The notes below the pieces were generated by a model. The model had not been told where the DNA came from, did not search any database, and was given only the letters and a program-made list of their open reading frames with translations. The translations under genes were made by a program, and so were the position numbers. DNA of 63,087 nucleotides, the filler included, from Aduncisulcus paluster (taxonomy: Eukaryota): NCBI GenBank assembly GCA_024181965.1. It is 30 parts of 30 records of this genome, joined end to end, with 100 filler letters (N's around TTAATTAATTAA, not from the genome) between each part and the next. Parts side by side here need not be neighbours in the genome. Positions count along the whole stretch, not along the records: positions 9,573 to 10,678 come from BQXS01009870.1; positions 10,779 to 12,188 come from BQXS01009873.1; positions 12,289 to 13,331 come from BQXS01009875.1; positions 13,432 to 14,542 come from BQXS01009876.1; positions 14,643 to 21,693 come from BQXS01009880.1; positions 21,794 to 22,905 come from BQXS01009895.1; positions 23,006 to 33,683 come from BQXS01009897.1; 23 more parts are not named here. One strand, written 5' to 3'. Shown one piece after another: positions 10,128 through 24,535 of the stretch; position 1 is the stretch's first letter; every line of letters begins with the position of its first letter.

Positions 10128-10678
10128 ATGAATATTACAAAACAACAACAAGAGATTTTAGAATCAGTTCAAAAGTACAAAAGTATTAAAATAAATGCGT
10201 TTGCAGGTACTGGCAAAACAACAACATTGAAATTGATCTCGCAAACTTACCCTACAAAGAAGATATTGTATTTAGCATTTAATAGTGCTATAAAAAATGA
10301 AGCTACATCGATTTTTCCTTCTAATACACATGTAAAAACTACACATGGTTTAGCTTTTGGTGCAATCAAAAAAAATACAAATATAGACTTAAATAAACTT
10401 ACTAATTATAGGGCTATAGATATATCAAAAGAGTTTGAAATATCATATAATCAAGCGATTTCGGCAATTAAGATTTTTGATAAGTTTTGTAATTCAACAC
10501 AAAAAGAGATAGAAACAACAGATATTGAACATAAAACAGCAAAAAATATGTTTGATAGAATGCTTATATCTAAGATGAAGCCTACTCATTCTTTTTATTT
10601 AAAATATTATTATTTACTTATATCGCAAGGGCAGATACAGCAATTTAATTATGATATCATTATGTTAGATGAAGCACA
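10128..10678 (+). CDS. UvrD-like superfamily 1 helicase (3' truncated)
   Basis: AFAGTGKTTT Walker A, YLAFN, TTHGLA and LDEA Walker B. Confidence 0.85.
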
Positions 10679-10779
10679 NNNNNNNNNNNNNNNNNNNNNN
10701 NNNNNNNNNNNNNNNNNNNNNNTTAATTAATTAANNNNNNNNNNNNNNNNNNNNNNNNNNNNNNNNNNNNNNNNNNNNT

Positions 10780-11583
10780 ATTCTTATGGCAAAAGCTTTA
10801 GAGCTACAATTGGAAGCTGAAAGAATTGATGTAACAAAATTTACACCAAATTTAAATCATGCAGCAACACATCCTGTTGCAGACACAATGGCACAAATCA
10901 CAAGCTATTTTCAAAACTTGAATTTTAGCGTTGAAGAGGGTCCTTTAGTTGAAGATGATTTTCATAACTTTGAAGCATTAAATTTACCTAAGTATCACCC
11001 TGCACGAGATATGCAAGATACTTTTTATTGTAACGATGGTGCAGTTTTAAGAACACACACAAGCCCCGTTCAAATTAGAACTATGATGAGTCAAAAACCA
11101 CCTATTAGAATGATAGCTCCAGGTACAGTATTCAGAAAAGATTTTGATATTACACATACTCCTATGTTTCATCAAATAGAAGGACTTGTAGTAGAAAAAG
11201 AAGGTGTTGTATCTTTTGCAAATTTAAAATTTGTAATGGAAGAGTTTTTAACACATATGTTTGGAGATGTTGAAGTTAGATTTAGACCTTCATTTTTTCC
11301 ATTTACTGAACCATCTGCTGAAGTAGATATCTCATGTATCTTCTGTAAAGATGAATCTACAGGAAAAAGCTCTGGCTGTCGAGTATGTTCACATACAGGA
11401 TGGTTAGAAGTTTTAGGATGTGGAATCGTAGATGAAAATGTATTTAAAGCTGTAGGTTACGAAAAAGTAAGTGGTTATGCATTTGGTTTAGGAATTGAGC
11501 GTTTTGCTATGCTTATACATAAAATAGGTGATTTGAGATCTCTTTTTGAGAGTGATATTAGACTTTTAGGACAATTTAGATGA
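10780..11583 (+). CDS. pheS: Phenylalanine-tRNA ligase alpha subunit (5' truncated)
   Basis: [26 protein letters not shown] and AFGLGIER motifs. Confidence 0.97.
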   Translation: MLMAKALELQLEAERIDVTKFTPNLNHAATHPVADTMAQITSYFQNLNFSVEEGPLVEDDFHNFEALNLPKYHPARDMQDTFYCNDGAVLRTHTSPVQIRTMMSQKPPIRMIAPGTVFRKDFDITHTPMFHQIEGLVVEKEGVVSFANLKFVMEEFLTHMFGDVEVRFRPSFFPFTEPSAEVDISCIFCKDESTGKSSGCRVCSHTGWLEVLGCGIVDENVFKAVGYEKVSGYAFGLGIERFAMLIHKIGDLRSLFESDIRLLGQFR

Positions 11584-12188
11584 TAGTTACAAGACAATGG
11601 TTACAAGAATATATTGACATTTCAAAAATAAGTACACAATCACTGTGTAAAGCTTTAAATTCAATTGGTCTAGAAGTTGATAGTACACAAAGAACCCTTA
11701 TTCCAAATAATGTAGTAGTTGGATATATAGAAGCCTGTGAGAAACATCCTGATGCTGATAAACTTAATATTTGTCAGGTAAACATAGGAAATAAAACTGA
11801 ACAAATTGTTTGTGGTGCCAAAAATGTACAAAAAGGACAATTTGTTGCTGTTGCAACTGTGGGTGCAATTTTAGGTGAAGATTTTAAAATCAAAAAAGCA
11901 AAACTCAGAGGTGTGGAATCAAATGGTATGATTTGTAGTTCTACTGAAATTGGATTACCTAAATTATTTGATGGAATCATGGAGTTAGATAATTCAATTG
12001 GAGAGTTAATTATAGGGAAAGAGCTCAATGAATATTCACTTATAAATGATGAAATCATTGAGATAGAACTTACTGCAAATAGAGGTGATTGCCTTAGTAT
12101 CAATGGAGTTGCAAGAGAACTTAGTACTTATTTTAATATCGCATTAAACAACATTGAAGTTATAGTAAATACAAACAATAAAGGTATT
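11580..12188 (+). CDS. pheT: Phenylalanine-tRNA ligase beta subunit (3' truncated)
   Basis: [23 protein letters not shown] and TANRGDCLS motifs; ATGA overlap with pheS. Confidence 0.97.
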
Positions 12189-12289
12189 NNNNNNNNNNNN
12201 NNNNNNNNNNNNNNNNNNNNNNNNNNNNNNNNTTAATTAATTAANNNNNNNNNNNNNNNNNNNNNNNNNNNNNNNNNNNNNNNNNNNNA

Positions 12290-12565
12290 TGGATAGAAAT
12301 ACATCTAAATGATGAAAACCCAATGTTTGCAAATCAAGCTATAAGAGAATTTGCAGATGAACTTAACTTAATCATCTTAGCAATTAAAATAGATAGAACA
12401 CAAAAGAAATTAGAAGCAAAAGAATTAAAAGTAACAAGCTTAGATGAACTCACTCCTAATGATGTATTTACAAGAAGACTAGAATTAGAAAAAATAGAAG
12501 ATAAAGAGTTTGTTGAAGAGATAAACTTAAATTTCAGAAAAATTGTAGAGAAGGTAACAATTTAA
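12290..12565 (+). CDS. sbcD: Exonuclease SbcD C-terminus (5' truncated)
   Basis: Coupled to sbcC through TAATG; SLDELTPNDVF tail. Confidence 0.7.
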   Translation, partial: WIEIHLNDENPMFANQAIREFADELNLIILAIKIDRTQKKLEAKELKVTSLDELTPNDVFTRRLELEKIEDKEFVEEINLNFRKIVEKVTI

Positions 12566-13331
12566 TGAAAATATTAAAAGTCAAATCACTAAATATTAAC
12601 TCACTTAAAGGTGAATTCGAAATAGATTTCACAACTTTTCTAAATGACAATGCTCTTTTTGCAATCACTGGGCCAACAGGTTCAGGGAAGAGTACAATCC
12701 TAGATATTATCACTTGTGCTTTATATGGAAGAACTCCTAGACTTAAAACCCCACCAAATGAACTAATGTCAAGACATACAGGAGAATGTTTGTGTGAGGT
12801 TGAGTTTGAAATAAAAGGAAAAATCTATCGTTCTTCTTGGAGCCAAAAAAGAGCTAGAAAAAATGCCGAGGGGAAGTTTCAAAGTGCGAAAATGGAAATA
12901 TCTGATGTATTAACATCTAAGGTCATAAAATCAAGCTTACGAGATGTACCTAAATATGTAGAAGAATTATCAGGCTTAGACTTTGATAGATTTAAACAAT
13001 CAATGGTTTTAGCCCAAGGTGGATTTGATGCCTTTTTAAAAGCAGATGAAAAAGAGAGGTCAACTCTTTTAGAAAAAATGACTGGTACTCAAATCTATGC
13101 AAAAATATCAAAAGAGATATATGATACACATAAGTTTTTTGAATCTGAAATAAATACAGATAAAAAAATATTAGACTCCACGCAACTTTTAGAAATTACT
13201 GAAGTAGAAGAAAAATCAAAAGCTTTAGATGAAAATAGAAAACAAAAACTAGAGTTAGATAAAAAAGAAAAAAAATTAATAAAAATCAAAACATGGATAG
13301 AAACACTAGCTAAGTTAGAATCAGACAATAT
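12565..13331 (+). CDS. sbcC: SbcC SMC-like ATPase (3' truncated)
   Basis: NINSL, GPTGSGKSTILD, LAQGGFDAFL motifs. Confidence 0.92.
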
Positions 13332-13431
13332 NNNNNNNNNNNNNNNNNNNNNNNNNNNNNNNNNNNNNNNNNNNNTTAATTAATTAANNNNNNNNNNNNN
13401 NNNNNNNNNNNNNNNNNNNNNNNNNNNNNNN

Positions 13432-13595
13432 ATGATCTCTTTATCTTTATTTTCAATAGTGTTTTTTTTGTCGGCATCATCTACTCTTATCAATAACTCT
13501 TCATTGAGTTGTTTTGATAATATATGATTAAATAGGGCAACTCTTAAGTCTTCTAGTGTAATATCTTGAGTTGGATTGAGAGCAAATCTTATCAA
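13432..13595 (-). CDS. Glutamate-tRNA ligase-like protein N-terminus with degenerate HIGH motif (3' truncated)
   Basis: TTG start with AAGGA RBS; RFALNPTQDITLEDLRVALFN...IRVDDAD aligns with canonical RFAPSPTGxxHIGxxR...IRIEDTD. Confidence 0.75.
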
Positions 13596-13682
13596 TTAAA
13601 ATCCTTTTATCTAATTGGCGTAAGTATATCTAATTTGTATTTAAAAATAAAGAATTTGAGAGTACTATATAACTAAGTAATA

Positions 13683-14542
13683 TTACTTAGTTACAGATTG
13701 TGTTACAATTGAAAAAGACAATTGATTTAACTCTTTATGTTTTTTGATAAAGTTATTTACCTCTTCTACTGAAAGTTTATTTATTTTGTCTAATTCTTGT
13801 TTTGGATAATCAAAGGCAAGACCTCTATAATACAAATGAAATGCTCTGTTTAATCGTTGAGAAAATGTTTCTGTTCTTAAAGGCTCACTTCCTGTTAAAA
13901 AGTTTTTAGCAGCTTCAAGTTCCTCTTCTGTTATACCTGATTTAACAAATTTATTGACTATTTTACTTACCATCTTTTTTGCTTTTTTTGTGTTGTCCAG
14001 TTTTGTTTGTAAGTATCCAGTAAAATGAGAATGTGATTTATTATTGACAATATTTCCATACGCACTATAAGCAAGGCCATGTTTAACTCGAATCTCTTCC
14101 ATTAAACGGCTCCCAAAACCACTTCCTCCTAAGATAAATGAAGCAACTTTTGCTTTATAACTCTCTTTTGAGTCATAGTCAATATTAAACGGACTAGAAA
14201 AATATATATATGATTGTTCTGTTTCTTTGAGTATTGTTTCCTCTTTAGCTTCTTTTGAACTTTTGATTTTATTAAAAACTGTTTTTCCATTATTTTTCAA
14301 TTGTTGTAATGTTTTTTCTAAATCTGTTTCTATCTCCGAAAACTTTAAATCACCACCTGCAACAATGATCAAATTATCTAAATTTAAAATAGTATCTAGG
14401 TGTTTTTTTATATCTTTTAATTTTATGTTTTCAATATGTTTGATATTTCCACTACTAGGAAACTCAAGAGCTGTGTTTTTATATTGAATTTTTTTTAAAT
14501 GTTTTGAAGCTATATAGTCAAAATCATTTTCTTTTTGTTTAA
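13683..14542 (-). CDS. M16 family (pitrilysin-like) peptidase subunit, C-terminal part (5' truncated)
   Basis: ILGGSGFGSRLMEEIRVKHGLAYS motif; frame open to the contig end. Confidence 0.9.
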
Positions 14543-14643
14543 NNNNNNNNNNNNNNNNNNNNNNNNNNNNNNNNNNNNNNNNNNNNTTAATTAATTAANN
14601 NNNNNNNNNNNNNNNNNNNNNNNNNNNNNNNNNNNNNNNNNNA

Positions 14644-14955
14644 ACATTTGTTGCTCAGGTATATGGTAAAGATACACAATTAGATTTTGAAAAAATAGAA
14701 AAAGAACAATCTAAGGAAATGGCCAGGACAATACAACCAACAGTAGCGACTCCTGAGATAAATGAAATAAATGATGACATTGAGTTACCTATTGAACAAC
14801 CATCAAGTTGTGTTGCTAGTATGAGTGCAGTTAAAAACCCTACTTTATCTCAAAGTGATGTCAATATTGATGATGTACTAAATTCAAAGATGACAAGTAC
14901 AGCAATGAAGTTATTTCAGTCTCCTAACTCTCCAAGAGTAAAAAGTAAACTATAA
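14644..14955 (+). CDS. Probable DNA polymerase III gamma/tau C-terminus (5' truncated)
   Basis: Open frame from the contig start; acidic linker and A.KLF...RVKSKL ending resemble Campylobacterota DnaX tails. Confidence 0.5.
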   Translation, partial: TFVAQVYGKDTQLDFEKIEKEQSKEMARTIQPTVATPEINEINDDIELPIEQPSSCVASMSAVKNPTLSQSDVNIDDVLNSKMTSTAMKLFQSPNSPRVKSKL

Positions 14956-15023
14956 GTTTACTCTTTACAAACCACACCTAAAAAAAGAATTCAAAAATTT
15001 AAACTTATTTTAAGAAAAAACCC

Positions 15024-15052
15024 TTGACAATAAAGAAAAAACCTATTATAAT
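15024..15052 (+). promoter_or_regulatory. sigma70 promoter of the rRNA operon
   Basis: Perfect TTGACA-N17-TATAAT with an upstream A-tract. Confidence 0.9.
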
Positions 15053-15115
15053 CCCATCCACAAAACAAGCAGACAAACGCAAAGAGATTTGAAGTTAAAA
15101 AGCTTAAAAAATGTA

Positions 15116-15127
15116 TGATCTTTAAAA
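15116..15127 (+). promoter_or_regulatory. boxA-like antitermination element
   Basis: TGATCTTTAAAA in the rrn leader versus consensus TGCTCTTTAACA. Confidence 0.6.
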
Positions 15128-15375
15128 AATATAATGTTGATAAATAAATCAAGTTTAAAAGAATTACGAAGTAATTTTTATAAACTAGATACAAGAAGAA
15201 TAAGAATATTTATAGTTTACTATAGATATACAATCTTCGTCTATAAACTTAGAGTTTTAATTTTAAAACACTAATAATATAATTAGAATCTTTAAAAGAT
15301 TCTAGTGATTTTTAGGTAAATACTTAAAAGTCAAGATTAAACACCAAAATATAAAAGCGTAAGTTTTTATATTTA

Positions 15376-15380
15376 TTTAT

Positions 15381-15443
<63 letters not shown>

Positions 15444-15711
15444 AGAACGGATATTAGCTTGCTAATATTGTCAGCTAAGTGGCGCACGGGTGAGTAATAT
15501 ATAGTTAATCTGCCCCAAAGAAGAGAATAATTGTTGGAAACGACTTGTAATGCTCTATATGCCTTTATCACATAAGTGAGCAAGGGAAATATTTATAGCT
15601 TTGGGATGAGACTGTACGGTATCAGTTAGTTGGTGAGGTAATGGCTCACCAAGACAATGACGCCTAACTGGTTTGAGAGGATGATCAGTCACACTGGAAC
15701 TGAGACACGGT

Positions 15712-15747
<36 letters not shown>

Positions 15748-15850
15748 CACAATGGAGGAAACTCTGATGCAGCAACGCCGCGTGGAGGATGACACATTTC
15801 GGTGCGTAAACTCCTTTTATATGAGAAGATAATGACGGTATCATATGAAT

Positions 15851-15895
<45 letters not shown>

Positions 15896-16114
15896 TGCAA
15901 GCGTTACTCGGAATCACTGGGCGTAAAGAGCATGTAGGCTGGTTTGTAAGTTGGAAGTGAAATCCTATGGCTTAACCATAGAACTGCTTCCAAAACTGCA
16001 GACCTAGAATATGGGAGAGGTAGATGGAATTTCTGGTGTAGGGGTAAAATCCGTAGAGATCAGAAGGAATACCGATTGCGAAGGCGATCTACTGGAACAT
16101 TATTGACGCTGAGA

Positions 16115-16164
<50 letters not shown>

Positions 16165-16274
16165 CTAAACGATGCACACTAGTTGTTGCTATGCTAGACA
16201 TAGCAGTAATGCAGTTAACACAGTAAGTGTGCCGCCTGGGGAGTACGGTCGCAAGATTAAAACTCAAAGGAATA

Positions 16275-16319
<45 letters not shown>

Positions 16320-16413
16320 ATACGCGAAGAACCTTACCTGGCCTTGACATAATAAGAACTTACTAGAGATAGTTTGGTGCTAGTTTACTAGAGCTTATAT
16401 ACAGGTGCTGCAC

Positions 16414-16473
<60 letters not shown>

Positions 16474-16893
16474 GTGTTTAGTTACTAACAGTTCGGCTGA
16501 GGACTCTAGACAGACTGCCTGGGTAACCAGGAGGAAGGTGAGGACGACGTCAAGTCATCATGGCCCTTACGGCCAGGGCTACACACGTGCTACAATGGGG
16601 TATACAAAGAGCAGCGATACGGTGACGTGGAGCAAATCTCATAAAATATCTCCCAGTTCGGATAGTAGTCTGCAACTCGACTACTTGAAGTTGGAATCGC
16701 TAGTAATCGTAGATCAGCAATGCTACGGTGAATACGTTCCCGGGTCTTGTACTCACCGCCCGTCACACCATGGGAATTGAATTCATTCGAAGCGGGGATG
16801 CTAAAATAGCTACCTTCCACAGTGGATTTAGTAACTAGGGTGAAGTCGTAACAAGGTAACCGTAGGAGAACCTGCGGTTGGATCACCTCCTTT
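15376..16893 (+). rRNA. rrs: 16S rRNA, Campylobacterota (Arcobacteraceae-like)
   Basis: AGAGTTTGATCCTGGCTCAG at 15383, GTGCCAGCAGCCGCGGTAA, terminal GATCACCTCCTTT; ends approximate. Confidence 0.98.
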
Positions 16894-17077
16894 CAAAGAT
16901 ATATGTTAAAGATTCGTTTTTTTAACTATTAGAAAATAATAGATGGCTCAAAACCATCAAATTCAAGTAAACAAAGTTTACTTGGAGACGAAGAGTACTT
17001 CTTGATATCTAGTTTATAAAGATTATAATAATCTTTAAATTATAAATATTTATTAACAAACAAATAGGTCACTACAT

Positions 17078-17153
17078 GGGGAATTAGCTCAGCTGGGAGA
17101 GCGCCTGCCTTGCACGTAGGAGGTCAGCGGTTCGATCCCGCTATTCTCCACCA
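17078..17153 (+). tRNA. tRNA-Ala(TGC)
   Basis: 76-nt cloverleaf GGGGAAT...TTCGA...CCA with anticodon loop CTTGCAC. Confidence 0.97.
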
Positions 17154-17410
17154 TGTTTTATTAAACTTAAATATAAGTACTTAAAAGAAGTATTTATATT
17201 TGATTTTAATTAATCAAAAGTTATTTTACAATTTACTGTTAAAGTCTTTATTTTTTCTAAGAAAGAAAATAAAAATACAATTTTATAATACTATTTAATT
17301 ATATATAAATTATTATATTTAATAAGATAGTAGCTAAAGAATAATCATAACAACATAAGTGTTAAATCATATATTACTTGTAATATATGAATTTGAACTT
17401 TAATTTATCA

Positions 17411-20299
<2,889 letters not shown>

Positions 20300-20411
20300 T
20301 ATATGAACTTCTTTAGTTTACTATCTTATTAAGTATAATAACTGATAAGTATTATAATCGTATTTTTATACAAAGACTTTAACTTTAATATTCTCAAATC
20401 AACATCTTAGA

Positions 20412-20528
20412 TGTTGGTGGTTATTGAGAGGAGGTCATACCCAGTTCCATTTCGAACCTGGCAGTCAAGCTCCTCATCGCCGATAATACTGCAGGGTCCC
20501 CTTGTGGAAACGTAGGTCGCCGCCAACT
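20412..20528 (+). rRNA. rrf: 5S rRNA
   Basis: GTTGGTGG...CCGCCAAC terminal helix, CCATTTCGAAC loop, ~117 nt. Confidence 0.95.
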
Positions 20529-20819
20529 TCTAAGATGTTTTTTTTTGCCCTTTTTTTCTATCTTCCTATCTTTTATTACTTTTTATTTTTATTCCTCTCT
20601 TTTCTTTTGTAGTTTGTTTTATTATTACTATTTCTTTATTATTATTTCTTTTTAGTGATGTTCTATTGCTCTTTTAAGGTATTTGGAAGGTCTTTGGCTT
20701 GTTTGTTTAATGCTTTTGTGTTATAATCCTTTTAATGTGTAAAATTCTTTTTTACAGTAAGATTTTCAATTACTGAATATTTAAAATAGTATTTAGTTAA
20801 TATTTCAAGGATTATATTT

Positions 20820-21693
20820 ATGTTTGATTATAACACTATCAAAAAGTTTATGTTTAATTTTGAACCAGAAACAGCACATCATATAGCATCATATGGATTC
20901 AAAACATTACCTTATTTACGAATGTTAAATAATATGATGGTTGAAAGAAATTTTATAGATGATGATATCCTATCACAAAAAGTTTTTAATAGAACATTTC
21001 GAAACCCTATGGGGTTAGCAGCAGGATTTGACAAGAATGCTGATATGATTGAATCGATGCAAGCAATGGGATTTGGTTATACAGAAATAGGAACTATGAC
21101 ACCTAAAGCTCAATCTGGAAATGCAAAACCTAGACTGTTTCGGTATCCTGAATATGAAGCTGTACAAAATGCAATGGGTTTTAACAATGAAGGTTCATAT
21201 GAAATTATCAAAAACCTTGCAAGTGTATACCCATATTCTATTCCTATTGGAGCTAGTATTGGTAAAAATAAAACTACTACTGAGTCTGATACGTTAAGTG
21301 ATTATGAAAAGTTAGTAATAGGGTGTAAAGATATTTGTGATTATATGGTGGTGAATATTTCTAGCCCCAATACTCCAAACTTGAGGGATCTTCAAAATGA
21401 AGAGTTTATTAAATCAGTATTTGGGATGGCAAAAGAGATAACTGATACACCTATATTATTAAAAATTGCACCGGATATGGAACATGAAACAGCTATTACT
21501 TTATGTCAAACTGCAATTAACTCTGGTGCAGATGGTATTGTTGCGACAAATACTACACAAGATTATTCTTTAGTACCAAATTCACAAAACTTTGGTGGAA
21601 TTAGTGGTAAAGTGATGAGTGAGAAGTCTTATGAAATTTTTAAAGCAATTGGTCGAGAACTCCATAAAAAAACGACCTTAATAAGTGTAGGTG
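20820..21693 (+). CDS. pyrD: Quinone-dependent dihydroorotate dehydrogenase (3' truncated)
   Basis: GLAAGFDKN, NAMGFNN, VNISSPNTPNLR, KIAPD and GGISG motifs. Confidence 0.96.
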
Positions 21694-21793
21694 NNNNNNN
21701 NNNNNNNNNNNNNNNNNNNNNNNNNNNNNNNNNNNNNTTAATTAATTAANNNNNNNNNNNNNNNNNNNNNNNNNNNNNNNNNNNNNNNNNNNN

Positions 21794-22124
21794 AATGTGG
21801 ATATTTTTCATTTAAAATTTTTAAAATCTCTACCATACTTTCACCACTATCCACAATATCGTCAATAAGGACTATTTTATGTTTTCGTGTCAAATCAGGG
21901 ATATTAAAAATTTCAAAAGTTTCTAACTTTTTTGTTCCATCATAATGGATAGAGTTCAAACTATATATCTCTCGTGTTTCTAAGGCTTCACTAAGAAGAT
22001 GTCCTAAAAGTAATCCTCCTCGCGCTATTGCAATCAATGCATCTGGATTATACTCTTTAATTTGTGGTATTAAAACTTTACAGTCTTCTATACAATCTTC
22101 ATAACTATAATAAACTTTTTTCAA
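21794..22124 (-). CDS. Purine phosphoribosyltransferase-like protein (3' truncated)
   Basis: AIARGG and PRPP-binding VLIDDIVDSGES motifs. Confidence 0.85.
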
Positions 22125-22134
22125 TCTTTTTCCT

Positions 22135-22905
22135 CTAATGTAAAATAAATACTAATAATGATATCAATGTAATTGTGATTAAACCTAAATTAATATCTTT
22201 AAACTCACCTTTTAATAATTTTAATGCAGTATAAACAATAAAACCAGCTGCAAAACCATTTGTAATTGAATATGTCAAAGGCATTAAAATAACCATCAAA
22301 AACGATGCGCTTGTAACTGCCAAATCGTTTTGTTTAAAATTAATATTTCCAAGTTCTGAAAACATTAATATTCCTACAACTACTAAAACTGGATAAATTG
22401 CATTTGCAGGAATTGATTTAAATAATGGCAATAAAAACAGTGTTAAAATAAAAAACAAACCTGTAAATACAGCAGTTAATCCAGTTCTTCCACCCTCTTC
22501 AACACCACTTGAACTTTCTACAAATGATGTTGTAGTTGAAACACCAATTAAACTTCCAGCAACTGTAGATATTGCATCAGCTTCTAAAGTTTTCTCTAAT
22601 GCTTTGTCATTTTTATCTTGTGTTTGAAATAAATTTGCTCGTGTTCCTACACCTGTTAATGTTCCTATGGTATCAAACATATCTGTAACTAAAAATGTAA
22701 TTATGACAGGTAATAATGCTAAAGATAATGCACTTAAAATATCAAGTTGCATATAAATAGGGGCAATCGATTCAGGTAATCCCACTATTGATTCAGGAGC
22801 TGATCCTATCCCAAGACTCCATCCAATAATCGAAGTTATTAAAATTGCGATAATAAATGCACCTTTAACTCTAAAAGCATAAAATGCCAATGTCACAAAT
22901 AACCC
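22135..22905 (-). CDS. NCS2/AzgA-type purine permease (5' truncated)
   Basis: DMFDTIGTL, ESSSGVEEGGRTGLTA and MPLTYSITNG motifs. Confidence 0.92.
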   Translation of the reverse strand, partial: GLFVTLAFYAFRVKGAFIIAILITSIIGWSLGIGSAPESIVGLPESIAPIYMQLDILSALSLALLPVIITFLVTDMFDTIGTLTGVGTRANLFQTQDKNDKALEKTLEADAISTVAGSLIGVSTTTSFVESSSGVEEGGRTGLTAVFTGLFFILTLFLLPLFKSIPANAIYPVLVVVGILMFSELGNINFKQNDLAVTSASFLMVILMPLTYSITNGFAAGFIVYTALKLLKGEFKDINLGLITITLISLLVFILH

Positions 22906-23005
22906 NNNNNNNNNNNNNNNNNNNNNNNNNNNNNNNNNNNNNNNNNNNNTTAATTAATTAANNNNNNNNNNNNNNNNNNNNNNNNNNNNNNNNNNNNNNN
23001 NNNNN

Positions 23006-24004
23006 CAGCAACTGCAAAAGCGCCCGCTCGTTTCCGTGTTCGAAGGGTCCGCCAAGACCTATCCGGGCGGCAACGGTAAAATCTCCGTCGCCGTGCAGGG
23101 TAAGTATGGCGCTGGTGGCGTGAACGATAGCCTCAAGGGCTACTCGTTCGATGATACCGTGGCGTTCTTCAACCCGGCGAACCTCGACCGCCTGTCCTTC
23201 GACTGGAAGGAACACCACATCGGTATTTCGGTGACGCACACCGAACTCAAGATGGACGGTCTGTCGGTCACGAACGAAACCGGCGCGACGTCGGCCCACT
23301 CGGGCCGCGACAAGACCATGCTCATCAACATGTGGGAATCGAAGCTGTTCGATTTCGGGGAACGCTACGCGCGCTCGCTGAACGAATTGCTTTGGGGCGA
23401 CGGCACCGGCGACGCGAAGGCGCTGCACGGCCTGATGCACTTCCTCGTGGAAGACCCGACGGCGGGCACGATTGGCGGCATGGACCGCTCGGTCGCGGCC
23501 AACGCGTATATCCGCAACCGTGCTCGCACGGCGGCGGCTGCGGCTGCGGGCGGCACCGGCGCGGTCACGTCCAGCGCGGCCAATGGCGGCGCGCTGATCG
23601 AAGTCCTGCAAGCGGAGAAGCGTCAGCTCACCCGCTACGGCGGCAACCCGACCAAGATGCTCGCCGGTTCGGACTTCATCGCGGCCTATGAGCGTGAACT
23701 GAAAGCCAACGGCAACTACACCATGACCGGCTTCAAGGGCGGTCAGGACGGTGCCATCGGCCCGGTCATGTTCGACGGCACGGTGATCGAATACGATCCG
23801 ACGCTGGACGACATGGGCCTGACCAAACGGGCCTACTGGTTCGACCCGCGCCACATCTTCCTGATGAAGATGCAGGGCGAGTGGCGCAAGACGCACAACC
23901 CGTCGCGCCCGGTTGACCAGTTCGTGCTGCACCGCTCGATCACTTCGACCGGCCAGATGGTCGCCAAGCAGCTTAACTCGGCTCTCGTAATCGACATTGC
24001 CTAA
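23006..24004 (+). CDS. Major capsid protein (5' truncated)
   Basis: Frame open from the contig start; LWGDGT...L.GL and T.GG.DR patterns of podoviral HK97-fold capsids; followed by a hairpin. Confidence 0.8.
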   Translation, partial: QQLQKRPLVSVFEGSAKTYPGGNGKISVAVQGKYGAGGVNDSLKGYSFDDTVAFFNPANLDRLSFDWKEHHIGISVTHTELKMDGLSVTNETGATSAHSGRDKTMLINMWESKLFDFGERYARSLNELLWGDGTGDAKALHGLMHFLVEDPTAGTIGGMDRSVAANAYIRNRARTAAAAAAGGTGAVTSSAANGGALIEVLQAEKRQLTRYGGNPTKMLAGSDFIAAYERELKANGNYTMTGFKGGQDGAIGPVMFDGTVIEYDPTLDDMGLTKRAYWFDPRHIFLMKMQGEWRKTHNPSRPVDQFVLHRSITSTGQMVAKQLNSALVIDIA

Positions 24005-24020
24005 GCGGCTCTAAGCCAAC

Positions 24021-24048
24021 GTCCGGGGCCTCACGGCCCCGGACTTCT
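24021..24048 (+). terminator. Hairpin after capsid gene (weak U tract)
   Basis: GTCCGGGGCC-TCAC-GGCCCCGGAC followed by TTCT. Confidence 0.65.
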
Positions 24049-24068
24049 GAAATTCAGGAGCAAACCCA

Positions 24069-24506
24069 ATGGCGAAATTCCAACTCGTTTCCTGCACCGT
24101 GAACCTCGCGGGCGACCGAAACAACGCAGTCTTCCGGGGCCAGCACAACCCCGTCACCTTCCCCGAAGCCCTCGTTCTGCAAGCCGTCCACGGCGGGCAA
24201 GAGCACGTTCATACGATGGTGGACGTCGGCACGGTCGAACGCGACACCCACGAAGAACTCGAACGGCTGACGGTGAAGTATGGCGCAATCGTGCGCGAAC
24301 TGTTCCCGGCAGTCGGGGGCCGCGCGAGCCTGCCCCAAGGCGACGACAACCTGCCGACGCTGGACGACGTGAAAGCGGCCAACGAAGCGGCAGCCGAAGC
24401 CATGTCCAAGTCCAAGTCCAAGGGCAAGTCCGGCAAGGCCAAGCCCAAGGCAGACGCGGACGCAGACGCCGTGCCGGACCTGAACGACCTCCCCGGCGAC
24501 AACTGA
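24069..24506 (+). CDS. Phage hypothetical protein
   Basis: CAGGAG RBS, 145 aa, codon usage matches neighbours. Confidence 0.8.
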   Translation: MAKFQLVSCTVNLAGDRNNAVFRGQHNPVTFPEALVLQAVHGGQEHVHTMVDVGTVERDTHEELERLTVKYGAIVRELFPAVGGRASLPQGDDNLPTLDDVKAANEAAAEAMSKSKSKGKSGKAKPKADADADAVPDLNDLPGDN

Positions 24507-24535
24507 TCGCCTGACACACTCAAAGGGCGCGCCCC

